From: a virus
Lineage: Duplodnaviria; Caudoviricetes
Direction: 5' to 3' (one strand)
IMG/VR virus record: IMGVR_UViG_2889049205_000001
Location: 1-64,000 of that record
DNA: 64,000 nt
Shown here: piece after piece, positions 58,101 through 64,000 of the stretch
How positions within the stretch are numbered: the first letter of the stretch is position 1
Layout of the letters: each line of letters begins with the position of its first letter
Notes under the pieces: model-generated
What the model saw: the letters and a program-made list of their open reading frames with translations, nothing else
Database searches by the model: none
Told to the model about the DNA's origin: nothing
Translations under genes and position numbers: made by a program

Positions 58101-61057
58101 ATCGTAGAGGTCACGCTTGTGTACTCCCAGTCACTCATCGCAAGACGGTACGAGTTTGGTCTGAACTCAGTGATCCGCTCGCCCCGGTAAGCGCCCTTGG
58201 AGCCGAACAACCACCAGCGGCCTTTACGCACTTCGTCAGATCCGTTTTGGTAGTAATCGTACATTTCCTCTTGCGAATAGGCGTCTCGTTCATCTACCGG
58301 AGACCCGCCAGTTGCGATAAAGCCGGCAAGTCGGGTTGCGCTGGCTCGGCCAAACCCTGGAAGATATACTTCCGGACCGCCGCTGAAATGCTCTGCTCCT
58401 GGGTGGAGCATCATGCGTCGCTTGAGCACCTCGGTCTGACCAGTTGCATCACGGGCCGCCGCCTTGTTGAGCTCGGTTGTTGCCTTATATATTTCCCAGC
58501 GGTCTGAGATGCTCTGACCAGTTAACTGCTCGGACTTATCATCGATATAATCCGCATAGGTCGGGATCGCTACGACCGGCAGGAACCGCTTCAGCAGCAG
58601 TGAAGACCACATTTGCAGCCTATTCCCCATTGAAGCATCGGACAATCCCAGCCCTACGCTGCCAAGCGCATCTTGCAGACGGTATGGAATATAGGACATG
58701 TAAGCCGAGAACGTCGTATAATCTTCCATGTTGCGTCGCCCTGTTCTCGGGTCCCATTGTTTTGCGAAGTCCTTGATGCCGCTCCATGAGGAGAATTGAT
58801 TCATAAAACCATTTTCGAATGACATGTTAACGGCCAGGTAATCGTCACCGAACTCATTCACCGGCCGGCTGCCGGAGAACCGCTCCCACATTGGATTCGT
58901 CTTCTTGGTCATCCCAATGACGTGGGATCTAAATGCGGTGTCTCCTGTAAACAGGTTATTGACCCGCTCTAGTGCATCGTCGGTTGCCGAGTAGATCGTT
59001 CGACCTTCTCGAAGGAACTCATAATGCGCATAGAGGTCATTGGCTTCACGCATGTCTTTTCCACGGATGTCTCCACTTTTCTCGAGAGATCTCATAAGAT
59101 CACGGAAACCTTGCTTCGGCCCGGACTTCACTTCCATCATCTGACGGATGAGTTCCAAACTGACCTGCTGATTGATCTGATCCATACCGGTTTGAACCCT
59201 GGTATATTCGCCTGCCAGAAGGTTCGCCTCGCCGATCGGATTGATCCGGCCAAGCACGCCCTCTCGGTTCTGATCGAATTGCCGCCAGAGGTTCCGTATG
59301 CCTTCATTCGCACCTTTGGCCGCCGAATTGGATGATGAGAACGCACCGTTCCCTTGTGGAACTTTCATCTTCGGATTACCCAGGTACTCGAAGAGCTTGA
59401 GCATGTCATCGTCTCGGTTGAAGTTGATGTTGTTATCCTTGACGAATTTTTGGATATGCTGCGGCATATGGCTCTGGATCTGATTGAGCACACGAGGCGA
59501 AAAGCCGGATGTGTATTTCTCGAAATAACCACGGGCCTTGAAGAAGCCTTTGTAATCGACACCCTCTCGCACAGCCTTATCAATCATGTTCCGCTCCCAC
59601 TCCGGGTTGAAGAACTTGCCGGCGACACTGAACCATGCCTGCGCAGTGGTATCTTTGTTCTGATCGCCAAGGTCGAAGATCCGCTTAAACAGGTTTCGAT
59701 CTTTTCCTTCACTGCCCATGCCCGCTGTAGCACGAACCATCCGTGCCTGCGTGCCGAATTGTGATGAGGTCAGTCGGACCTTACGCTTCTTGTTAAGAAT
59801 TTCAAGGGGCTCATCTGCAGCTCCATTGTCGAAGAGGTTGTAGAAGCGGCCATTGAAATACATAGCTTCTTCCTTGAGCGTCTCATTGTTAGCCAGCCCC
59901 CTTTGCGCATTGAGGATTGGCTGGATGCCGCCTCGGTTAAACATCCGGAAAGGAGTATCTCGTCTAGCCTTCCTCGCATTCAGCACATCCCGCACATGGC
60001 CAATCCCGCCGAATATGGTCGGCGACCACCACTCCATCGTCCGTTCCTTAATGTCGTCAAAGGTTTTGTAGTCGAAGAAGTCATGTGCTTTGCCATCAGC
60101 ATTGATGCGGACATACAAATGCTCGTCGAATACGGCTTGTCCGAACTTCTGGTTGTTCGATCGGATACGCTCCAGGTTGATCTTCGTATCCGTGTCGATT
60201 TTCATGCGTCCGGAGCTGTTAAGCTCCAGGATATCATCGATTGTCGCTTGACGGTGGCCACGAATGGCCTCTTTAATGCCGCCTTGTTTGCGAGTGAGCT
60301 CATGCATTTCGCTCATGGCCAGGTCACGGAATTTACGCTGCATCCGATCAACACGAGCCTGCATCTGCTGTCCCTGCTGGTTGACGTTAAAGTTCCGGTG
60401 TGCTGCTCTTGCTTGGATTACCGCATCCTGAATGCTCTTATCCTCAATGCCTCCATGCTTTGCTAACGTCGCCCGGATCTCCCGGTCATGCGCATACTTC
60501 AATGAGAAATTGCCTTTGCTGATGTTACTGCGCTTGTGGAAGGCGGTGGTCACTTTATTAACGGTGTCTTCCGATAGTCCATGCTTACTACGCAAGTCAT
60601 CCATGATGGCATTGAACCGCATGCCTTCTTCGATATGCGAAGGAATCTCCCGGTCCACGAAGTTGTTCATTTGGCGGACGATCCGCTGCATATCGTATTC
60701 CCGATGAGTGCCCTGACGCATGGCTTCTGCCCGCTCCTGCACATTTGTACGGTAACGCTCACGGAACTCTCCATTTCGATGGACCACGTTCATCATGCCC
60801 CGGCCGTCCATCATGGCGACTTCCTCTGCAGCCTGCCGGGCAGCCTTGCCTTGCACCTCGATAAATTGTGCCATTCTGCGCATACCGCCCGTCCGGTGAG
60901 CAAGCGTCATAGCAATAGCACCAATTCCTACGCCAATTCCAACTTTGGCCAGCATCGGCATCTCCTGGCGTTCATCTTCAGATGCCAGGAATCGAGACAT
61001 CGGCCTAGTGTCTCGATCCAAGTATGCGGAAAACTGATTCTCTTGATCTTCTGGCAT
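55121..61057 (-). CDS. Tape-measure-like / ejected protein (~1978 aa) with hydrophobic segments and a degenerate thermonuclease (SNase)-like domain
   Basis: Follows the tail chaperones; largely helical; TM-like stretches at the N-terminus and near aa 1610-1660; VSKFLDDYTF...IRLAG...DSYNTMRAVVF...NVNQTIIRNG. Confidence 0.72.
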   Translation of the reverse strand: MPEDQENQFSAYLDRDTRPMSRFLASEDERQEMPMLAKVGIGVGIGAIAMTLAHRTGGMRRMAQFIEVQGKAARQAAEEVAMMDGRGMMNVVHRNGEFRERYRTNVQERAEAMRQGTHREYDMQRIVRQMNNFVDREIPSHIEEGMRFNAIMDDLRSKHGLSEDTVNKVTTAFHKRSNISKGNFSLKYAHDREIRATLAKHGGIEDKSIQDAVIQARAAHRNFNVNQQGQQMQARVDRMQRKFRDLAMSEMHELTRKQGGIKEAIRGHRQATIDDILELNSSGRMKIDTDTKINLERIRSNNQKFGQAVFDEHLYVRINADGKAHDFFDYKTFDDIKERTMEWWSPTIFGGIGHVRDVLNARKARRDTPFRMFNRGGIQPILNAQRGLANNETLKEEAMYFNGRFYNLFDNGAADEPLEILNKKRKVRLTSSQFGTQARMVRATAGMGSEGKDRNLFKRIFDLGDQNKDTTAQAWFSVAGKFFNPEWERNMIDKAVREGVDYKGFFKARGYFEKYTSGFSPRVLNQIQSHMPQHIQKFVKDNNINFNRDDDMLKLFEYLGNPKMKVPQGNGAFSSSNSAAKGANEGIRNLWRQFDQNREGVLGRINPIGEANLLAGEYTRVQTGMDQINQQVSLELIRQMMEVKSGPKQGFRDLMRSLEKSGDIRGKDMREANDLYAHYEFLREGRTIYSATDDALERVNNLFTGDTAFRSHVIGMTKKTNPMWERFSGSRPVNEFGDDYLAVNMSFENGFMNQFSSWSGIKDFAKQWDPRTGRRNMEDYTTFSAYMSYIPYRLQDALGSVGLGLSDASMGNRLQMWSSLLLKRFLPVVAIPTYADYIDDKSEQLTGQSISDRWEIYKATTELNKAAARDATGQTEVLKRRMMLHPGAEHFSGGPEVYLPGFGRASATRLAGFIATGGSPVDERDAYSQEEMYDYYQNGSDEVRKGRWWLFGSKGAYRGERITEFRPNSYRLAMSDWEYTSVTSTMQERWEHSAFPTLENPLGVARNLFNSEEDKYWWENKHYYDRPYMLTGSLFNPNTMVFGDLGNAALGQVVKPVRQMHTEYWSDPVLVQEQADQLAERPADPILTKVSPGGRMEHVVQATPDQYGAYFDSSRPQQTVSSQAMANIEDGKARLAESKAGSYPTRYFISNELDNNGSATGAYVMQDAATSSTIYVPSNVAKQNMPINKMFAMAAEPVPTVDTKPRAMFDQDFVYRQEVVNRKLRNLQDPTSLEWQSQEAFENWTEPLGIYKYAAEELIGGDPYKNKMIIQKADAATNISNAFWESNLGGAGGDVSEIMRRFIRRDSGQLDTFNPIRNTMPDWMPGGGYFINFQTGDPYQKIAHGEYRLPGEAYERVNQLHPDETGNYGAFDKFKILADVAPWSDEYRYWKDYVEDNNKDTELRRQAAIIKDQVSKRKAKYEFTDYRFKDNDIEKQKVTVSKFLDDYTFLTEEMPDTPIRLAGMKYQAKAEGVLQSYFKVGDKVTIGISADPSRRSSDDSYNTMRAVVFKGLENVNQTIIRNGQMRENETDFTAAGVHARFTKGEIAQGRRWETMAHADTFLNSKFLPVRTALEEYERDHIYGKDWATWDNFMVDDYVVPAYQSGIRGNVLFAAGAGLMFSALPAIFMFGRGKSGFRHLKIMGATSAAFAAGSIWRSAHEAQTGETWIPERRRKEQDINEYFDVLKYMKFSGLYERAKEELHQQGIDVEAIANDRDMKKEMNKAKRQELQDEKRNLYLNQPAGWEDRKAEINAQLNLITEDRDEMYLPNAVLQALNYKEQAETTLYAVDPYEDRMKVMRSMPYKDKWFFNEFAEARLQDQQRILDLVPDNEGRVLKALWGYELEDQVPLEEYFKDKFLPDENWVGWQPDVNLEDYQVKAVQDAGIDLSDYNFWDDDVQSAAMLPDMYEGGNGPGKSNFRGYRDMQRNIREVLNGQGLWDVQVTVTPASDGGSRINMDYQEDRSREIDSYLKYNMDSIV

Positions 61058-61216
61058 CTGTTGCACCTCGCTTATGGCAATGGGCAGCCGGCTTTTTCAT
61101 ACCAGATCTGGAAGAAGATCTCCCAGGCATCTTGAATGCACCATCTGCCCTCTCCGTATTTTCGATTCACCCTGGGGTCCTTATAGATCAGCGATATCTG
61201 CTCATGTAACTGCATA

Positions 61217-61357
61217 TTAAACTTTGTCCGTCAAAACCCATAGTTCACCTTTTTCGTTTAGTTCTTTCATAAGTGGTTCAGCTTCTTGACGGGTATCAAA
61301 AACTTGCTCCTTACGTTTACCGCCAGTTAACCAAATTACCTTAACTTTTTTCGACAA
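61217..61357 (-). CDS. Small hypothetical protein (46 aa), below the ORF-track cutoff
   Basis: SD GAGGTG plus TTG start; MSKKVKVIWLTGGKRKEQVFDTRQEAEPLMKELNEKGELWVLTDKV. Confidence 0.6.
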   Translation of the reverse strand: MSKKVKVIWLTGGKRKEQVFDTRQEAEPLMKELNEKGELWVLTDKV

Positions 61358-61383
61358 GACCATCACCTCATATCCTTCGTTAT

Positions 61384-62205
61384 TCAATCAAATTCCCCTT
61401 TCAGCTGCTCTTCGGATGTGAACCACGACAGCTCAGGGAACATGTCGCCTGCGGGATTATTCTCTCTGGCCGGGTCAATCTGCTGCCCGCCTTGCGGGTG
61501 ACTGGCCATGGATTGCGTTAGCATGCGCATGGTTTCTTCCTCGGAGAGCTGGCTGCGCTGCGGTCCATTTCCCCGTTCTACTGGCCGACGTGGTGCGGGA
61601 GGTTCCTCCGGACGTGCCAGCGGCGAGTTCATTGCTCGCTCTTGTGGCGACATCATCGGCTGCTTTTGTGGCTGTGGCTGTTGTGGCGGCTGCTGCCCTT
61701 TTTGCTGAGCCAAAATAGCTTGTGCCTGCTGGTCAATTGGAATGATAGGGATCCCTCTTAACACCTGCAGCACATACTCGGCTCTGGCCGCATGCCACAT
61801 CGTTTTTGGAACAGTCCAATTTCCGATGTCCTCGATCTTGTATTCTGGGAAGGCTTCTTTGATGAGGCAATCTACTTGATTGTCGAATACCATCATCTCT
61901 TCTCGGAACTCATTTAGGATCTGCTGCGCCTGACCCATATGTAGACCCGATGCATCCAGGATCAAGTCGCATAGTGTTTCTGCGAAGCCGGCCCTGCCAT
62001 GTCCGAAATCAAAGTCAGCTGGCTCGAGCATGGCTGCTGCACAGATCGCTTCCTGAAAGTCTCCGATCGGCAAATCCTGAATAATAACCTGGCGATACTC
62101 TTCCCGGCCCAGCGGGCGAAAATAGAACTCGAACTCCAGCACAGGAACTTTATAGACGTCGTCATATTTATTCTTCCATTTTTGAATCTGCCGACTAGTA
62201 GCCAT
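61384..62205 (-). CDS. Tail assembly chaperone-like protein, long paralog (273 aa)
   Basis: IQKWKNKYDDVY...FYFRPLGREEY...AGFAETLCDLILDASG, plus a C-terminal extension; lies before the TMP-like gene. Confidence 0.7.
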   Translation of the reverse strand: MATSRQIQKWKNKYDDVYKVPVLEFEFYFRPLGREEYRQVIIQDLPIGDFQEAICAAAMLEPADFDFGHGRAGFAETLCDLILDASGLHMGQAQQILNEFREEMMVFDNQVDCLIKEAFPEYKIEDIGNWTVPKTMWHAARAEYVLQVLRGIPIIPIDQQAQAILAQQKGQQPPQQPQPQKQPMMSPQERAMNSPLARPEEPPAPRRPVERGNGPQRSQLSEEETMRMLTQSMASHPQGGQQIDPARENNPAGDMFPELSWFTSEEQLKGEFD

Positions 62206-62231
62206 GGATACACCTCTTTACATAGACAACA

Positions 62232-62252
62232 AGCAGGACGTAATGCCCTGCT
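62232..62252 (-). terminator. Hairpin between the two chaperone genes (possible partial terminator)
   Basis: AGCAGGGC-ATTAC-GTCCTGCT followed by TGTTGT. Confidence 0.45.
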
Positions 62253-62263
62253 CGCTGTGGTTC

Positions 62264-62758
62264 TTATAATTTAATTGGAGCCGCCTGCGCCACGAATCCG
62301 GATTTATCCATGATCATTTCGGCGAGCAAGCTTGGAATGCCGGCTTTGTCATTGCGCATCTTTTCACGAGAATAGTTTCTCGGGAAGAGAACGCATTTCT
62401 CCGTGTAGATTTCCTCACGGTCAAGCTGCGTTAAGGTGCGGTCAGCAATACATTCCTTGTATTCCGGACGTTCCAGTGTACGCCAGACGAAGACCTCATC
62501 ATCAAATGGTGTGAAATAAACACCACGATATTTCTCTTTCCATTGCTCCACTTCAAGTCGTGTCGGACCTTCTGGGAAGATTTCTGTTTCCAGTTCTTCC
62601 TGCGTGTACCCGTAGGCCACTACAATACGTTCGGCTTCCTGCTCATCCCCGGACGGCCCTGCTGCCGGTGCCTTATCCCCGCTCATGATCCCGTCTTCAC
62701 CTTCGGTGCGAGCACCATCGAAGAGGTCCGGTTGCTTTGGTCCCTGATTATCATTCAT
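62264..62758 (-). CDS. Tail assembly chaperone-like protein, short paralog (~164 aa)
   Basis: VEQWKEKYRGVY...FVWRTLERPEY...AGIPSLLAEMIMDKSG; start moved to ATG 62758. Confidence 0.72.
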   Translation of the reverse strand: MNDNQGPKQPDLFDGARTEGEDGIMSGDKAPAAGPSGDEQEAERIVVAYGYTQEELETEIFPEGPTRLEVEQWKEKYRGVYFTPFDDEVFVWRTLERPEYKECIADRTLTQLDREEIYTEKCVLFPRNYSREKMRNDKAGIPSLLAEMIMDKSGFVAQAAPIKL

Positions 62759-62776
62759 TGCTTTTATCCCCCTAAC

Positions 62777-62798
62777 GTAATGCATTACACTATAACAA
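62777..62798 (-). promoter_or_regulatory. Extended -10 element (TG-T-TATAGT) followed by the perfect palindrome GTAATGCATTAC
   Basis: Read directly in the intergenic region upstream of the chaperone gene. Confidence 0.5.
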
Positions 62799-63575
62799 TT
62801 ATATACGCTTTTGATTCATATATAAAGGGCCATTTAAGTCTCTAGCTATGAAACTGTATGTTTCCGTAATTGGTGCACCATCCGAACTCGTTCCGATGCC
62901 GTCTTTTCTCATACTTGTCAATTGAACGCCGTTGATGGTTTCTACCGTCAACATGGGCGCCTTTGCATTGGCGTAGCTGGATGTTGAGTAATTCTTAATC
63001 TGTGGTGACATGGATTCCGATACTGCCCCATAGTTGATTTTGATGTCGAAGCCGTATTGGGTCTGCGGAAAATACGGTCGATTACCATAAGAGAGAATTG
63101 AATTTGTATCGTCTGTCACGCCCCAGAGCGCCTTTTCATATTCGTCGGCGATTTGATCGAAGCCACTCTTTCCAGCCATCTTGAGAATATCGTCCAGCTT
63201 GTAATTTTTGAAATCGTCGGGCGTGACAAGCCCGCTTTGCTGTGCTTCTGATACTGCCATTTCAATGGCGTTGGCATTTTGCAGCACGGTCATCAAGTAG
63301 CCCACAGACTTGAAGTTGATCGTGAACATACCATTAATCATTCGCTGCCCTCTGGCGACTGCATCGAAGGTGAATGAGTTATAACCGTAGATTGGCATCA
63401 CTCGCTCCTCGAGCTGAAACGCAACAGCCACGGCCTCATCTACCCAGATGTTTCCGAAATACAGATGCACATCTGCGCCGGAGAAGTAGTCTTCGTTGAA
63501 GATTTGATACTCTACCCTGCCGTTTGGCCGGACATACGGGTTTCCTTGTGGAGCGGGTGCTCTGTACATCATCAT
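62799..63575 (-). CDS. Tail tube-like virion structural protein (258 aa)
   Basis: YFSGADV.LYF...MPIYGY...ARGQRMINGMFTINF...ITETYSFIARD pattern; paralog of the upstream gene. Confidence 0.65.
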   Translation of the reverse strand: MMMYRAPAPQGNPYVRPNGRVEYQIFNEDYFSGADVHLYFGNIWVDEAVAVAFQLEERVMPIYGYNSFTFDAVARGQRMINGMFTINFKSVGYLMTVLQNANAIEMAVSEAQQSGLVTPDDFKNYKLDDILKMAGKSGFDQIADEYEKALWGVTDDTNSILSYGNRPYFPQTQYGFDIKINYGAVSESMSPQIKNYSTSSYANAKAPMLTVETINGVQLTSMRKDGIGTSSDGAPITETYSFIARDLNGPLYMNQKRI

Positions 63576-64000
63576 CAGCCTCCTAGCCGTTTTACTTTTG
63601 AAAGTGGATCGATATCGAGTGCATAGAACTCATAGACGTTTTCAGTAAACATATTGTTGACACCCATGACTTTGCCCTCTGTGAAGGTCGTAATGCCATA
63701 GATCGTCATGACGCTCTTGCTGCCAAACTCGTTGGCCATAGAGATTGTCACGTCGAACATTGGCATTTCATCCATCAGCACCTTGTATCCTTGCTCCCTG
63801 ATCTCTTCCAGACATCGGTAGACAATCGTCTCGTCGAAGTCGGTAAACTGCAATATGCCGGTCACGGTACGCATCCCTCTGGTAAAGCCTTTTGGTGTCA
63901 CCCGGCCCAGTGCAAGAACTGGAAACTTGGCTCGATAAATCGAGTAGGATATTTGCGACAGGTTTCCGAAGACAATTGGGCCTTTTCCTGGAATATTCAG
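63575..64000 (-). CDS. Tail tube-like virion structural protein, 5'-truncated by the window edge
   Basis: Frame is open to position 64000: ISYSIYRAKFPVLALGRVTPKGFTRGMRTVTGILQF...DEMPMFDVTISMANEFG...YEFYALDI. Confidence 0.68.
   Translation of the reverse strand: MNIPGKGPIVFGNLSQISYSIYRAKFPVLALGRVTPKGFTRGMRTVTGILQFTDFDETIVYRCLEEIREQGYKVLMDEMPMFDVTISMANEFGSKSVMTIYGITTFTEGKVMGVNNMFTENVYEFYALDIDPLSKVKRLGG

Larger units (their letters stand above)
1..64000 (-). mobile_element. Tail/baseplate/fibre morphogenesis region of a large myovirus-like phage, prophage or phage-plasmid; extends beyond both window edges
   Basis: Dense co-oriented, translationally coupled minus-strand genes in the order tube-like, chaperones, tape-measure-like, hub/lysin, spike OB-fold, gp25-like, baseplate J-like, fibres. 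No host housekeeping genes. Confidence 0.92.

Noticed and set aside
62206-62290. Programmed -1 frameshift joining the tail chaperones
   Set aside because: No slippery heptamer near the stop, and the second gene has its own SD/ATG and repeats the first gene's domain.
1-64000. The many plus-strand and nested ORFs of 60-326 aa in the ORF track
   Set aside because: They are antisense or out-of-frame shadows of long minus-strand genes, with no recognisable motifs or convincing SD sites.
23876-64000. Tailocin or extracellular contractile injection system rather than a phage
   Set aside because: It cannot be formally excluded because no capsid genes are in the window, but an RNA polymerase and phage-type chaperone/TMP order fit a DNA-delivering phage better.
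1-64000. CRISPR array, tRNA/rRNA, IS element, intron or intein
   Set aside because: No repeat-spacer periodicity, RNA gene structure, transposase or splicing motifs were recognised by eye, and the intergenic gaps are very short.

Overview
All convincing genes in this window are on the minus strand. Together they form one continuous tail/baseplate/fibre morphogenesis region of a large contractile-tailed phage, prophage or phage-plasmid of a Bacillota host (Bacillus-type SD sequences and sigmaA-like promoters; the host is not identifiable from this window). In transcription order (right to left) it holds: two tail-tube-like proteins; two paralogous tail assembly chaperones; three ~2000-aa giants; spike/gp25/baseplate-J genes; a modular discoidin/LamG/lectin fibre cluster; an FN3 protein; a wedge-like protein; a secreted moron; and very large lectin/Ig-domain virion proteins, some split by single-base frameshifts. 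The key result is the 2307-aa giant at 48186-55109, which sits at the tape-measure position. It is a single-chain two-barrel (beta+beta'-like) RNA polymerase with colinear catalytic motifs (KLSFAGEKG, RYP, DADGD). It is fused to an intact-looking N-terminal DEDDh 3'-5' exonuclease and has a C-terminal hydrophobic anchor. Its neighbours are a tape-measure-like protein with a degenerate thermonuclease domain and a hub/tail-lysin mega-fusion. I infer a virion-delivered transcription/entry system. All domain calls are by-eye motif recognition and no database searches were run. No RNA genes, CRISPR arrays, integrase, capsid or sheath genes were seen.
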